64,000 nt of DNA from Tubulanus polymorphus (lineage: Eukaryota; Animalia; Nemertea), in NCBI RefSeq assembly GCF_964204645.1, contig NC_134028.1:21634345-21698344 (forward strand), given 5' to 3'. Both the position numbers and the translations under genes were made by a program. Positions 1 through 12,377 of this stretch are shown here, piece after piece. The notes under the pieces are model-generated. The model did not search any database and had not been told where the DNA came from. It saw nothing but the letters and a program-made list of their open reading frames with translations. Every line of letters starts with the position of its first letter. The first letter of the stretch is position 1.

Positions 1-389
1 CCGACGCACAGGGGGACTTTTCTTGGCGGATGGTACCTGTGGGATTTACGTGCAAAGAGAGTTATTCATTTTTCCACAAAGGCAAACCAAACTCTGACCA
101 AAATTCAATTTTTAATCATTCCCTTTTACTATTAATGATGTAAAATGTCTATCATGTATTCTATTGTTATATATTTATTTGATGACTATTGGTATTCAAA
201 GATATTAATTTTACAATCTACAGTATTCACTGTAGTTTTTTTTCTAGTACGTATAGTAACATTTTTTCCGTTTTGAAAAACCTTTGAAAATCATTTACAT
301 TAACAACATTAGAAAAATAAAGCGGGAGAAAAATCAAAGTATCTTCACGAATCAGCGAATTCGTAATTGTCTATTGAAAGGGGATAGCG

Positions 390-590
390 ATCATATCCAC
401 AGGGGCTCGTATCAGAGTTGTAGGTAATGTAAAAACGATTAGTCTGTTAAGTCCGATGTCTAAATAGTACCGGTATATATATAAAATAACATAACAATAT
501 GTGTTATTTTATATATACTATAGACATTGGATTAACAGATTATCGTTTATACATTACCTACAACTCTGATACGAGCCCCTGTGGTCATAT
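390..590. mobile_element. Fold-back/MITE-like palindrome upstream of BLMH
   Basis: ccacaggggctcgtatcagagttgtaggtaatgta (~398-430) is the reverse complement of tacattacctacaactctgatacgagcccctgtgg (~549-584); the arms continue inward to a short loop near 495. Confidence 0.6.
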
Positions 591-629
591 CATGTATACA
601 TTCTACAGAATTAATTTTTTGAATAAGCC

Positions 630-708
630 GTCGGCTCTCGTCGGTTTCCAGTCAGCTCAGATGGTTCCGGTCGGCTCCGGTCGGTTTCAGTCGGCTCCGG
701 TCGGTTTT
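630..708. repeat. Short degenerate GC-rich tandem repeat (gtcggctccggtcggttt-like) just before the BLMH ATG
   Basis: About 3 imperfect copies visible. Confidence 0.55.
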
Positions 709-736
709 TAGCGGCGCAATGGTCACATGATTAAAA

Positions 737-3700
737 ATGGCGTCGACCATCGGTAAGTAAAAATCCAAGTCATGATAACAAATTTTACGATTTTTTACTT
801 GAATCCGGGATCCAGTACCATAGTTTTCGGCTAAGTTTGACTATAGAATGGAGACATGGAAATGGAACAACTTCTCGAATGGAACTGGATCAATAGTCCC
901 CACACAGGACTGGTTCCACTCGCCAGTAAAACGTCCAAAGGCAAAAACTCAACATTTTGGACACCTGTGTTGTGTAGCCACGTCACGCGCTGTACTGTAG
1001 GCCTACGACTCGTGAATTTATTTGTTTATGATACACTTTTTTCCTTTGTCATTTTGCTCAATTCAGTAGAGCATACATTTCAGTTAGGACGGCCTAGTCT
1101 AGTACCTAGCCCAAGGACTGGAGGATAATTTTCTGACCCTTCAATTCAATTTCACTAAATTTTTATCATTTCTCCGATCAATGCCAATCCGTTGAAAAAT
1201 GGGGGGGGGGGGTGAGGATGTTGACCATGGTTTACCAGCATCTTAAGGATAGATTGGTAGGCCTATGACCATAAAAATGTTTCGCGATCTATTACTTTTT
1301 AAATGCGATCATGTATGTACTAACAAAGCTTTTTCTCTCTGTTGGCCGACCGTGTGTCTGTCTATAGGCCTATATGTCTCTGTATTACTGATTTTTCACT
1401 GAGTGTTGCTCGTGTAGTGCTGAAAACGGCTTTTGCAGCCCGTAACGTGGTGCCGCCTACATTGTTTTGTTATGCAAATGAATAGGTGATGAGCGTCTTG
1501 ACTTATTGACATTATTATTAGGATGTTTAAAATTTTCCGACTTAGTAATGATGGCTTGTTATCATCCCTGCTAGCTGTCATTCCCCTAAGGTGAACCCGT
1601 AACGACGACTGGTATTCAGACTAAAAATGACCCCTCTGCCTCTGGGGCCCTGTAATTTTGAAACCCGAATGTAGACCATGGCTAAATAAGTAATCTCTAC
1701 TGATTTGCCCAAAAAAATCTTTTTTTCAAGTAGCATTTGCATGTAATTTTTTTATGGTCTAACTGCAGTTTAGGTAACCTTTCTACTTAGTCTGTAGCAT
1801 CGTTGATGGTAAGCTTTTAAATCGGGTTGTGAAAATATCCAATCGTGAAACTAAACCACAGACAGGTTACTGATTACTTAGTCAGTAATCAGTCTGTGGT
1901 TTAGTTTCATGATCGGATATTTTCATAGTATAAGCCCATCCGATTACAAAAGCTTACCACCAAAGATTAGGTAACTCAGTACTTTCCACTGTGTGGTGCT
2001 AGTGTAATTAAAGAACAGTGTAATGGTTAGGTTAGGAATAGGTGCATAACCATAAGGGACGCCTCAACTGCAGTCGCTCCATTATTGCTATTTTTCAGGA
2101 ATCTCTAGCGATGACATCGCTGCTTATCGCAAAACATACGCGGGAAATCCGAAAAATAAACTGTCAGAAGCTATATGCCATAAATACGATTTCATCGACT
2201 TCTGTATGACAGGAAAACACTGCAATGCAAAACACGTCTTTAAACATAAGGTAATGAGTCGTAGGAGGCCTAGTACTTGGCCCTTTTTGTTGCCAAGATA
2301 AGTTTTCTATAAATGTTTTCTTAAAGGTTTTCGCTGTAGACACCAAACAACGATCGGCGATGCAGTCTTCGCTATTTCATTTTCATTTTAGATTGCTGAA
2401 GTGAAACCGATTTCTAATCAGAAAGCAACCGGAAGATGCTGGATTTTTGCTCTTCTCAACGCGGCCAGAGTTCCTTTTATGAAGCACTTCGAAATTGATG
2501 ATTTCGAATTCAGTCAAGGATACATCTTTTTCTGGGATAAGGTAAGAGCTTGTAAAGTTTGTAACAGCGTTAGATTGAGGGTAACTGAACTCCGTTATAG
2601 TTATAGTCGTAAACCGTCTTGAAGTTCACTCAGGGGGTTTGGGAATTGGTATTTGTTATGACTAGATTTTTTACAAGGAATTTAATTCGATAACAAATTC
2701 CATGTTAGGAAATAGTGGTTGAAACATTGTGGTGAGTTAAACTCCTTATCCACCAAGCCAAGAAGACAGGACAAATGAAGACACACAGGTTTCAATGATA
2801 AATCGTTTTATCAATTGGTATAATTCTAGGTCGAACGCGCGAATTACACTCTGCATACATATCTAGAATGCGCGAAGAAGAAAGAACCAGTTGATGGACG
2901 CCTCGTGCAGTATTTATTGCATAATCCGGCTGAAGACGGCGGCCAGTGGGACATGATGTATAATATCATCAATAAACACGGTCTCGTACCAAAATCTGTG
3001 TGGCCTGAAAGTTACTGCACAGAAAACAGCCGCAGGATTAACTCGTTGCTGTGTAATAAGGTATTAGTTTTTTGTTCTGAGATCTTAGTGAAATATCCTA
3101 AAGAATTAAGCTCAATGCGGAGAATTTCACAAATGTGTGAAATTTCTGTAAGTCTCGTTTTACTCGTAATTTCAGATGCGTGAGTTTTGCAGGCGTCTGT
3201 ACAAATTGGTCGAAAATGAGGCTACGGATGAGCAAATCGAAACCGAACGGAAGCAAATGATGGAACAGGTTTGTATTTTAATTTCGTACTTTTGTGTTTG
3301 ATCGACATTCTGACGTATGGGTTGTTAAATTTTTTGGTTGTTTAGTTGGGTCTTATAAATTTTTTAATTTTCGCTTATGAATTTCTTGCAAATACCATTC
3401 GTAATAAGCCCATGTTTTCCATCGGTCCCAAATAAAGGACTTTTACCTTAGTAGGCTTTCGTTAAACATTCTGGAATTGTTGTTTGTAGATGAAATATGT
3501 ATTTGTCTCGTTTGTCAGATTTTCCACGTTTGTTCGATTGCGTTCGGCTGCCCGCCTGAAACGTTCACCTGGGAATATTACAACAAAGATACTCCGAAAT
3601 CATTCAAGAAACTCGGTCCGATCTCTCCTCATGACTTCTACCACGAACACGTGAAACCACACTTTAACATATTCGACAAGGTAAGTTGATAATCGAGCAT

Positions 3701-6700
3701 TTATTAGGATTGATCGATTGATTTTCATGGAACATGATTACATTGTAAAACATTAATGAACTATGAATTAAGTTGTTAAGAGTACTACTGTAACTCTAAA
3801 TGGGGCAGACAAGAATCCTAAATAAGATCATAGGTGTGATCCACATCAGAGACCAGTTGTGCGGTTATGGCTTAGATTTAAGTCCAGTTTAAGACACCAT
3901 CTTAGTTCTATAACCAAACTGACAACTTAAGACGAGTTTAAAGATTTGCGGCCACTGTTGAGTCATGACTACGCAACTGGAGCCTGATGGGTTTGTTTTG
4001 ATTCAGCCTAGTTTTAAGTCGAACTGATAGTTATTGAATGTGTGTGGATACAGGAGCTGCAATTGATTTAGATTGTTCTGGACCACTGAAAATCCCGTTC
4101 ATGAGAAATCTAGATTAAACATCAGATTTTACATACGGTGCAACACTCATCAATTCATCAGTTTGGCTACATATCGAGGGGGGTAAGAGGAATGTATAGC
4201 GGGGGGGGAGGGAGACTGAGTTGACACTGATGCCAATAACTTGTCAAATAAACTGATATGCCGTTGTATTTTTTCGGTAGATTTGTATTGTGAATGACCC
4301 TCGTAAAACGAGTCCGTATAATGAAATGTACACAGTGCAATATTTGGGAAATATGATGGGAGGACGTCCTACTTTATACAACAATCAAGACATTGAGGTT
4401 CTGAAAAAAGCGGCTGCCGATTCTATAAAAGAAGGCGAGGTAATTATTAGCCCACTTGCAGGGTCCGATCTAAGGAATGAAAGCCACTTGCCCGGTGGGC
4501 AAGCATATCTGAAAGTTAGCTTGTCCCCTCCAAAAGCTACTTGCCCTTCACAGGCAGTCCGATTGGTGGCACTATCATCCGTTGTATCGAGTTGGAAAAA
4601 ATCTTTGTGACATAAAGTTGCACTAACCTGGCGGACAAGTGATAATGATAACATACTTACCCTGATGAGAATATACTTGTCCCGGGCAATCGCACAAGTG
4701 CTTAGATCGGACCCTGCACTTGGGACTTTGGTCCCAGCGGGCAATTGCGTTCACTTATCGTCCGTCCGTAGACGGAATCCAGTTATTTTGGGAAGTTTTG
4801 AAGACGCTTCTATGTAATGTCTTGATATTTGGGTTACACATGTTTCTACCCTAGACGCATCTTCAGCCCAAAAACTGGCCCTGTCAGAATCAAGATGGCC
4901 GACTGGCAGCCATTGTTGTTCGCCAAAATCAACACTTTTTACATATTTTTGAAATTTTTGAAATGGTCGTCCTATGACCTTTTTTGTGCCCAAAAATGTC
5001 AATTTTGGCCTGAATTCTGAGTCCTATAGCTTCCTACTGGTTTGCCATTTCTCATTGCAATTGCTGATGGGTATTCTTTGGAAACGGGTGTTTTATACCT
5101 GAGGCAGGTATTTTTGATCAGCCAATCATGATGAAATTGGCGGCCATATTGGTGTCATTAGTACTCATTCATAGGTGGGAAAAAGTTTTTGGACATTATA
5201 TTGATACCTAAGCATATTTTGTTACTGCAGTAAATTAGAAAGTTGTAGCTTATAACGTTTTCCATGATTGTCGTGAGTTTCAAGGTCATTGGTTTTTGTA
5301 TATGGCCACCAGGGGGCGTTGAATAATACAATATCTTAGTATTTCTGTATTATATTTGTACCAATGCATATTTTGTTACCACAATCAACTGCTAAGTAGT
5401 AGCTCATGACATCCTCCATGATTGTGGTGAGTTACAAGGTTATTGGGTTTTGAATATGATCACCAGGGGCGCTGAATAGTAGAATAACTTAGTATTTCCA
5501 TATTAAATTGGTAATTGCATATTTTGTTATCATAATCAGTTACAAAATCAGAGCTGCTGACATTTTCTATGATTGTGGTGATTTCAAGGTCTGGTTTTTG
5601 TATATGGTCACCAGGGGCGTTGAATAATTAAATTGTTAGATTGTTGAGCGTTTGAAACCACTTCCCAAGTGGGCATGGTGTCCCTGGACCCCTAGTCAAT
5701 CTGTTTATTTTTATCATCGTTTATCAAATACATGGATAAAATTATAAAATTATTAGATTATTGTCAGGGGTCATGATAGTGATATGCCACTGGTACTAAG
5801 GTTCTCAGTGAACATCAACTTAGCTGGCGATTTTATTCAGGCGAGATTAGTGCATTTTGCGCTGCATTCATTGCCTAATTGATAGCTACATTTTGAAATA
5901 TTTGGAATAGATTGAACTAGTACTGCTTTCGTAATGACGAAATTGATCTCAGTTCTTCTTGCAATAACGAATTCATTCTGATTACTTGATGTTTCTCACT
6001 GTATTCGTGTTACCCTGTTTGCAGCCGGTTTGGTTTGGATGTGACGTGGGAAAATTCTTCCACAGAGTGAAAGGAATAAATGACCCTCAAGCGTAAGTAG
6101 CTAAGCAATGTTTATCCATCATATTCAGCATTCAGTATATGTTTCTTATCACGAAAATGTCCGTAGTTGACTATATTTTTTGCTTATCAATTTTTATTCT
6201 TACAGATTCGATTACAATCTTCTATTCGGAGTGACAGTGCAAGAATTAGACAAAGCCGATCGACTGATCTTCGGGGAGTCAATGATGACTCATGCGATGG
6301 TCCTAACAGGATTATCGGAGGTATGAAAACCCTTTCCGTTGGCCCATAATTTTAGATTTATCCTTAGATTTTTCAGTTTGCAAAATTTAAATTCGATTCC
6401 CTGCTTAATTTGAGTTAGCCGTTGATTAATTGTATCGGCCAATACGCCTGATACATCGTTGAATTTTCATCGGTTGATGTGATTGGTTGTTTATTTATCA
6501 AGGATGAAGACGGTAAGCCAACGAAATGGCGAGTCGAGAATTCATGGGGCGAAGATGGCGGAGACAAAGGTACCTTTGTATTTTACGGATTTAGGATCTG
6601 TTCATAAACTTCATAGACTATTCTTCCTCTCAACATAAATGATTAACATGGCTTTCATCGGGGCATGGCTTGGATATCTAAGTGGCGAGGGTGAATGATT

Positions 6701-7143
6701 GCAACATTTGACTCTAGTCTATAATTCCAGGAGCCAGATATTTGTTCTCATTGCCTCTCTGCATACAGGAGTCATTAAGTACATGCACTGATAAACGACT
6801 CATGTATGACGAGTTCCGTAGTTTTGGTGCTAGCTGCTCAACAGTTAGTTTAACCGGTGGATAATTGATACAGTGGCGATCGAAACCACATTGTTGACCC
6901 TGCCATTTGTGGCCGTTTCTTTTATTCAGACCTGTTTTAGTTTAGAATGCTTAGATCTCATTGATGAGGTGTTTTTATTCCAATTTTTCAGGATATATGG
7001 CTGCATCTGATGAATGGTTTTCTGAATATGTTTACGAAGTAGTAGTCGATAAGAAGTTCCTTCCGAAAACAATTGTCGACATTCAGGAGAAAGCGCCTAT
7101 AATTCTGCCAGCCTGGGATCCAATGGGCGCTCTAGCGTGTTAA
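737..7143 (+). CDS. BLMH: Bleomycin hydrolase (peptidase C1B), 11 coding exons
   Basis: Exons 737-752, 2099-2250, 2392-2541, 2830-3060, 3176-3268, 3519-3680, 4281-4439, 6025-6092, 6206-6320, 6503-6569, 6992-7143, all GT-AG and in frame. Catalytic motifs NQKATGRCWIFA (Cys), ESMMTHAM (His), WRVENSWG (Asn); also DGGQWDM, PVWFGCDVGK and the C-terminal LPAWDPMGALAC. Confidence 0.96.
1788..1981. mobile_element. Palindromic MITE inserted into another repeat, ~9-bp TSD
   Basis: Arms gtgaaaatatccaatcgtgaaactaaaccacagac / gtctgtggtttagtttcatgatcggatattttca; flanked by ctttctact / ctttccact; the uninterrupted host repeat is seen at ~48711-48790; a fragment of the MITE occurs at ~31573. Confidence 0.6.
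4459..4716. mobile_element. MITE with 16-bp TIR, nested in the Helentron-like element
   Basis: TIR cagggtccgatctaag / cttagatcggaccctg; cacttg duplicated on both sides; second copy at 55004-55270. Confidence 0.8.
5207..5630. repeat. Three ~148-bp tandem repeats
   Basis: catgattgtggtgagtttcaaggt...tatggtcaccaggggcgttgaata recurs near 5263, 5416 and 5568. Confidence 0.75.
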
Positions 7144-10100
7144 CAATAGCATAAAAATAGGTTTAAGATATTTCAGTTGTTTTTAGCCCACTTGGGACTT
7201 TAATCCCAGCGGACTATTGTGTTCACTTTTTGTTAGTCGTCCATCATCTGTCTGTATGGTTGCTCATGACATGTTCTATGATTCTATTCTCTGGACCTAA
7301 TTTAAAAGTTCTTGACCCAGTTTCACAGTTCTGAACCTAATTTCAAATTTCTTTACCCAACCACAATTTAGCATCCAATGTTGATCATGGGTTCGTATCC
7401 GGTTGCGCAGTTCTGACCCAAAATTCAGACCGCAGCAACTGGTGTCAAAATGGACAAATTTTGTCATGGGCAACCTCTCTTTTGGTGCCCTTTATTTCAC
7501 TAGATAAATTTTTGTGCTGTTTCATGAATGTATTTTGATGTCAAAACTGAAATCGATTGTACTCATTATGAATGTTGAGATTATTTCTATCAATAATATT
7601 ATGATTTTTATTATTCAATAAGAACAGAAACCTATAAAATAGATGATATCTCATGAAATCAAGTTTTGATTGAATTAGTAATTTTTTCCTCTTCTGCATA
7701 CTTGAATAATGACTGGAACTCGGCTCCATAGTGTTGTGAGCTACCTCATGGAAAAACCCTTACGTACAACTGTGGAACTGATGTCTGGGATGTTAGCATG
7801 TGGACCATAAACGAAGGTGTTGTCTGTGTGTGGGCATCTCTGGGATAAGGCAATTACTGAAGCTGGATCAGGGATATTAATAGCTTAGCTGCTGATGCTG
7901 GATTTAGGATGAAGTATCTACCTAAAAATCTAGATTTATATTATAAAAGAAATATATGGAAAAATAGAATAGCAAAGGGTTTTTTTGTGAAATTATGTAT
8001 TTATTGTTTTAGTCGTGCATTTTCAAAATCAGAGGATTTCCACTAGCTTACATTCAACAAATTATTTCACGCCTATTTTCACAACGAATGCAAAGAAACA
8101 CTAGAAATCCCTGTATTTCTTGTGGACTTAGTCCCACTGTCCTGGCCTCTACTTCCACAGTTGTGGACCCAGCCAATTAAATCCTCAAAGGGGAACTTTG
8201 GTTTTGTAACTGTGTTTTTAAACTTATACATGTACGATGTTTAGAAAATCATATTTCCCTCCGCCAAAAATAACCACCACCACCGCATTCTCGGAGATTG
8301 ACAAGAGTCTTCTTCAGGTCAATACGACAATCTTGAGGGCAATAATAAATATCTGCATACACATATCGTCTCAACACGCACAAAGAGCAAATTCATAGCG
8401 TATTGATATCCCACAGATGCACCTGGACAATTTTTCAAAGTCGATTCTTGGCGACCAACTATTCCAAGGTCAGGATACTTTATGTTTTATTCGCTTCTTC
8501 GCCCGTAAAAACGGTAGATATTGCATATATAGAAAAACTCCGTAATAACCACGCGAGAGTCTGAATGGTCAGTTTATTTCAGTGGGCATTATTGGAGCCA
8601 GTGGGTATTCAATTTCGCTTTTATTATTAGTCGCCGTATTGTTGATTTTCCATCAAGTTTATATAAGCTTACATGCCGAGTTTATTGAGGTGTCGTCGCG
8701 CCGTCCGTGATTAGCCCAGCGGAATCTTCATGCAACAAACTCGACAGTTGGGATACAGGGCCCTACCCTCGTGTCATATGCGAAAATACATATGACAAAT
8801 AATATGGAAAATACATGGTCAGCAGAAATATCGGGGTGGCCAAGGCCACATTTTCAATCAATACGAAGTGGCATCATGAGTTATTTGTCTGCATACGAGA
8901 GTCAACGATAGAACTTCGAGGCCATTTGCATCCTAAACACTCAACAAATAATGAGACATTATTTTACACGTCGTGTATCCAAAGATTACATCCACATTTA
9001 TTCATTTATCGTCGTATCAAATTGATACGATAAAGAAAGGCATAAAGATACAGAGAAAGAATACATTAAGAATCAACATAATCGAAAGCAAATGTTCACC
9101 GATTAAGTACTACTATATATCGTTTTACCGATTCAACACTGGGTTAACACGGCTGTTCTACAAATCATTACCAGCTATTTTTTGAGTCCGTGTTAGAAGT
9201 ATGCGAGGGCAGATTATACAATTCAGATCTGCGCCATAGAGTGTATGGCTGTAGGAAATATTCACACGGGACAACAGAACATGTGTTGGAAATTAATTCC
9301 ACCAAAATTGGTACACCAGATGACCATGGACATTATAAGTTCGCTCTGAGTGAACTGGAATTATCGATCGTACATCGTACTATAGTATAGGAATATATCG
9401 TTATTGAAATTCTAGTGACATTGCCCAATAATAAACAATTCTACTAATGTAGCACGATAGTAATTGCAAATGTGTTGTTTCATACCAGAGGTCGAACGGT
9501 CGAGGTTTGAAAAATATAAAAAATATCATAAATTTCTAACCACAATCGAAACAAAATTTCAAATATATTGATCACTCCGAGTCACGATAGTACGCAGACA
9601 GTGGGTATACCTGCCTGTCTGTCTGTATTTTGGGTATACCTGTAACACCCAAAATACTCAAATTTCAGGCTGTCAAGTGGCCCTACTGATCCTTGCCAAA
9701 AGTGTTTCTACATTCTATATGTGCTAAACATCTCTGCTTTTCCTAAATAAAAAAATCCACCAGCAGTCACGTGCGATAAGACGTCACGAATGTTTCATTT
9801 TTTTGTATACGTCCGTGGACGTATATGAATTAGTTCCTACGTATGTCCATATCTCACCTGTCAATGGAAACACAATCACCATGTGGAAGTGCATCGTATA
9901 CCTGAAACGATACTAAGGGATGTGGAGCATTCTCGTGAGTCGGGTTGAGTCTCCAAAATATTGAAAAACAAGAATATTAAGCCCCTCAAAAAGCGATGAT
10001 TTTTAACAAAACTTTAAAAAAATACTGACAAAGTATTTTCTTTTCGTATCCAAGATTATCTATTTGGACAATTCTGTGTTACGCCAATATGTGAGAATAA

Positions 10101-10542
10101 AGATGATGATACCAGCGCGTGATTACCTCTTTGGGCTTATAGGGGATGAAACCTTGTATCTCCGCAGTGTCCGGGTCCTTTTTGTAAAATATAATAACAT
10201 TCGTAATCAGTTCATTTCTAATGCTGCCGGGTCTGTTATGGTAAAATTGATTATGATTTCTCTATCAATTTTTTCAGCATTAGCGATTTATATAATCAAT
10301 GGATTAGGACGAGGCCTGCGGTCTGTAAGAAAAGTGTCTTGCAGGCGCTTTCAAATATAGTATATACGTACTTTTTGCATCAGAAAAACTGGTGAGTAAA
10401 TTCCCGTATGCCCTGTCCCATTTCAATTTGTTTGTACTTTATTTTCTTATGTATCTTCCAACCATTTTGTTTGAATTGATACAATAAATGAATTATGAAT
10501 TGTTGACACTTAGGTTCTTTCTAAATTATGTGGAAGCAGTTT

Positions 10543-11589
10543 CTATACGGGACATTTAGTCAAATCTATCTGCTTAGATTGCGTTAACACAGCGCAACAC
10601 GCTCGTTCAATCAATTCACAAACATAAGCGTAAAATGCTGTGAAAATGAAACAATTACCGTTTATTCTTTCGATACCGGCTTTTTCTGCTACGATACCCG
10701 TCAAAAATACATCTTCCAAAAACAACGGCTTCGTCGTTCGGCTAACATCGTACAGCTTTTTTACAGTACGATACGGGAATAAGTAACCTGAACCTAGACA
10801 ATAATCGGGGTATACGCGTCCTGAATATTCGTCTTCGCTGACACCCCATTTCTTGTAAAATTGCGAGTTTTTATCACGAACTGGTGTGGCGTTTCTCTTA
10901 ACTCGCCCAACTATATAATCAGCCTTATCGTCTCTCGTAGCCTCCAATTTCGACAGTAGCGTTTTTAATAACGGTAAATTGACGTACAAATCGTCATCAG
11001 TTTTAGTAACGAACTTCACGTTTTCGCACGATTCGTCGTTTAACCATTGAATAATGGACATCGTTTTCAGCGTTAAGTTTCGGTAACTGTCGACGTAATT
11101 CGCAACGACGATATCTTTATATTTATCGGACTCGGCGCGTACTTGATTCGCGATGCCTTCCGTGTTGTTCAGTCCCAAGAAAAAAACCACACTTGCGTTG
11201 TATCTAGCTGCCCATGTTTGCCTGATTCGTTGTCTGGCGTAGAATTTTGCCATAGCCGAGGGTACTACGAACAAATACTCATGGTGGATTGCCGAACATC
11301 GTGTATTTATGATGTACCTGAATTGAGGAAACGTCCATTTAGTTGAGTCCTCTTTTTCTTTCTTTGTAACAGTACTTTCATTTATACCATTACCGGAATC
11401 GTCAGCTATCCATGCATTTGTTTTACCGTGAAATGTACTACCACTCGTGACCATCTTGATCCGCATCGGTCTGATGTTCATCACCGGTTTTAACTCAACT
11501 TTCCGCTGTCCGATGTACCGTATCGAACAAAAATAGGTGAAAACAGCGAATAAGCATAGATAAAATAATGCTCTGAGGATAGCTTCCAT
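10543..11589 (-). CDS. Beta-1,3-galactosyltransferase family (GT31), single coding exon
   Basis: Type II TM anchor after MEAILRALF; motifs RQRIRQTW, FFLG, ESDKYKDIV, DSYRNLTLKT, KTDDDLYVN, YPDYCLGSGY, FLEDVFLTGI. The ORF is open to 11709, but the ATG at 11589 fits the short cytoplasmic tail better. Confidence 0.9.
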   Translation of the reverse strand: MEAILRALFYLCLFAVFTYFCSIRYIGQRKVELKPVMNIRPMRIKMVTSGSTFHGKTNAWIADDSGNGINESTVTKKEKEDSTKWTFPQFRYIINTRCSAIHHEYLFVVPSAMAKFYARQRIRQTWAARYNASVVFFLGLNNTEGIANQVRAESDKYKDIVVANYVDSYRNLTLKTMSIIQWLNDESCENVKFVTKTDDDLYVNLPLLKTLLSKLEATRDDKADYIVGRVKRNATPVRDKNSQFYKKWGVSEDEYSGRVYPDYCLGSGYLFPYRTVKKLYDVSRTTKPLFLEDVFLTGIVAEKAGIERINGNCFIFTAFYAYVCELIERACCAVLTQSKQIDLTKCPV

Positions 11590-11741
11590 TTTGACAATCC
11601 TGGCCGTTTCAGGAAAGTTCTCGATACTATGTTCAATATAATGATCCGACCAAGAATCATCTATTGAATTATAATTATTCCGAATCAGTGACTTGAAATT
11701 GAATCCCATGTGCTACTAAGTACCACAGGGGGAGTAGCCAC

Positions 11742-11837
11742 ATGTATGTATGTATGTACGTACGTAACATACATATGTATGTATGTATGTACGTACGTAA
11801 CATACATACGTACGTACGTACGTACGTACGTATGTAC
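11742..11837. repeat. Compound (TATG)n/(TACG)n microsatellite
   Basis: Directly visible; abuts the left end of the hairpin-ended element. Confidence 0.9.
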
Positions 11838-12377
11838 ACAAAAAATGAAAAACATGAAAATAATAACAATTTCTACTTGAATTAGTCGCGAAACTCATAA
11901 AAAATGAAAAATAATTCTCACACACTCGAATTTATTTTTCATTTTTACTCGCTAGAAAAAAGTGTGAGTAAAGTGTGAGTGAAATAAATTCGAGCGTGTG
12001 AGAATTATTTTTCATTTTTTATGAGTTTCACTCCTAATTCAAGTAGAAATTGTTATTATTTTCATGTTTTTCATTTTTTAATGAACTCGACCATTCAACC
12101 TTTAACCTGAAAGCCCATTACCCCTATTACTCTTAAAATATTCATATACATGAATAAAATATATATGAATAACATATAAATTGATAGATTATTCAATATA
12201 AAAGTGTGAGTAAAAGTAACGAGTAATTAACAAGCTTTTATAGAATAGATATATAGATATATTTTAAACATATTTCAATATTTATATTTTATATGAGTTA
12301 GATTTTTAAACATTAAAAGTGTGAGTAAAGAATGAGTGAAATAATTCATATTTAAAACAGTGAATATTTATATTTGA

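Larger units (their letters stand above)
4447..5695 (+). mobile_element. Non-autonomous Helentron/HINE-like element in BLMH intron 7
   Basis: 5' tagcccacttggga..., cgtccgtccgt microsatellite seed, internal ~148-bp tandem repeats, 3' subterminal inverted cccaagtgggc, short hairpin and ctagt end; a second 5' end occurs at ~7182-7235. Confidence 0.6.

Noticed and set aside
4660-4700. CTGATGA as a hammerhead core (also ~55216, ~45397, ~48112)
   Set aside because: No stem II followed by GAAA.
11590-11709. 40-aa N-terminal extension of the GT31 ORF
   Set aside because: Not needed for type II topology and unsupported without transcripts; the downstream ATG has better context (aaaATGG).
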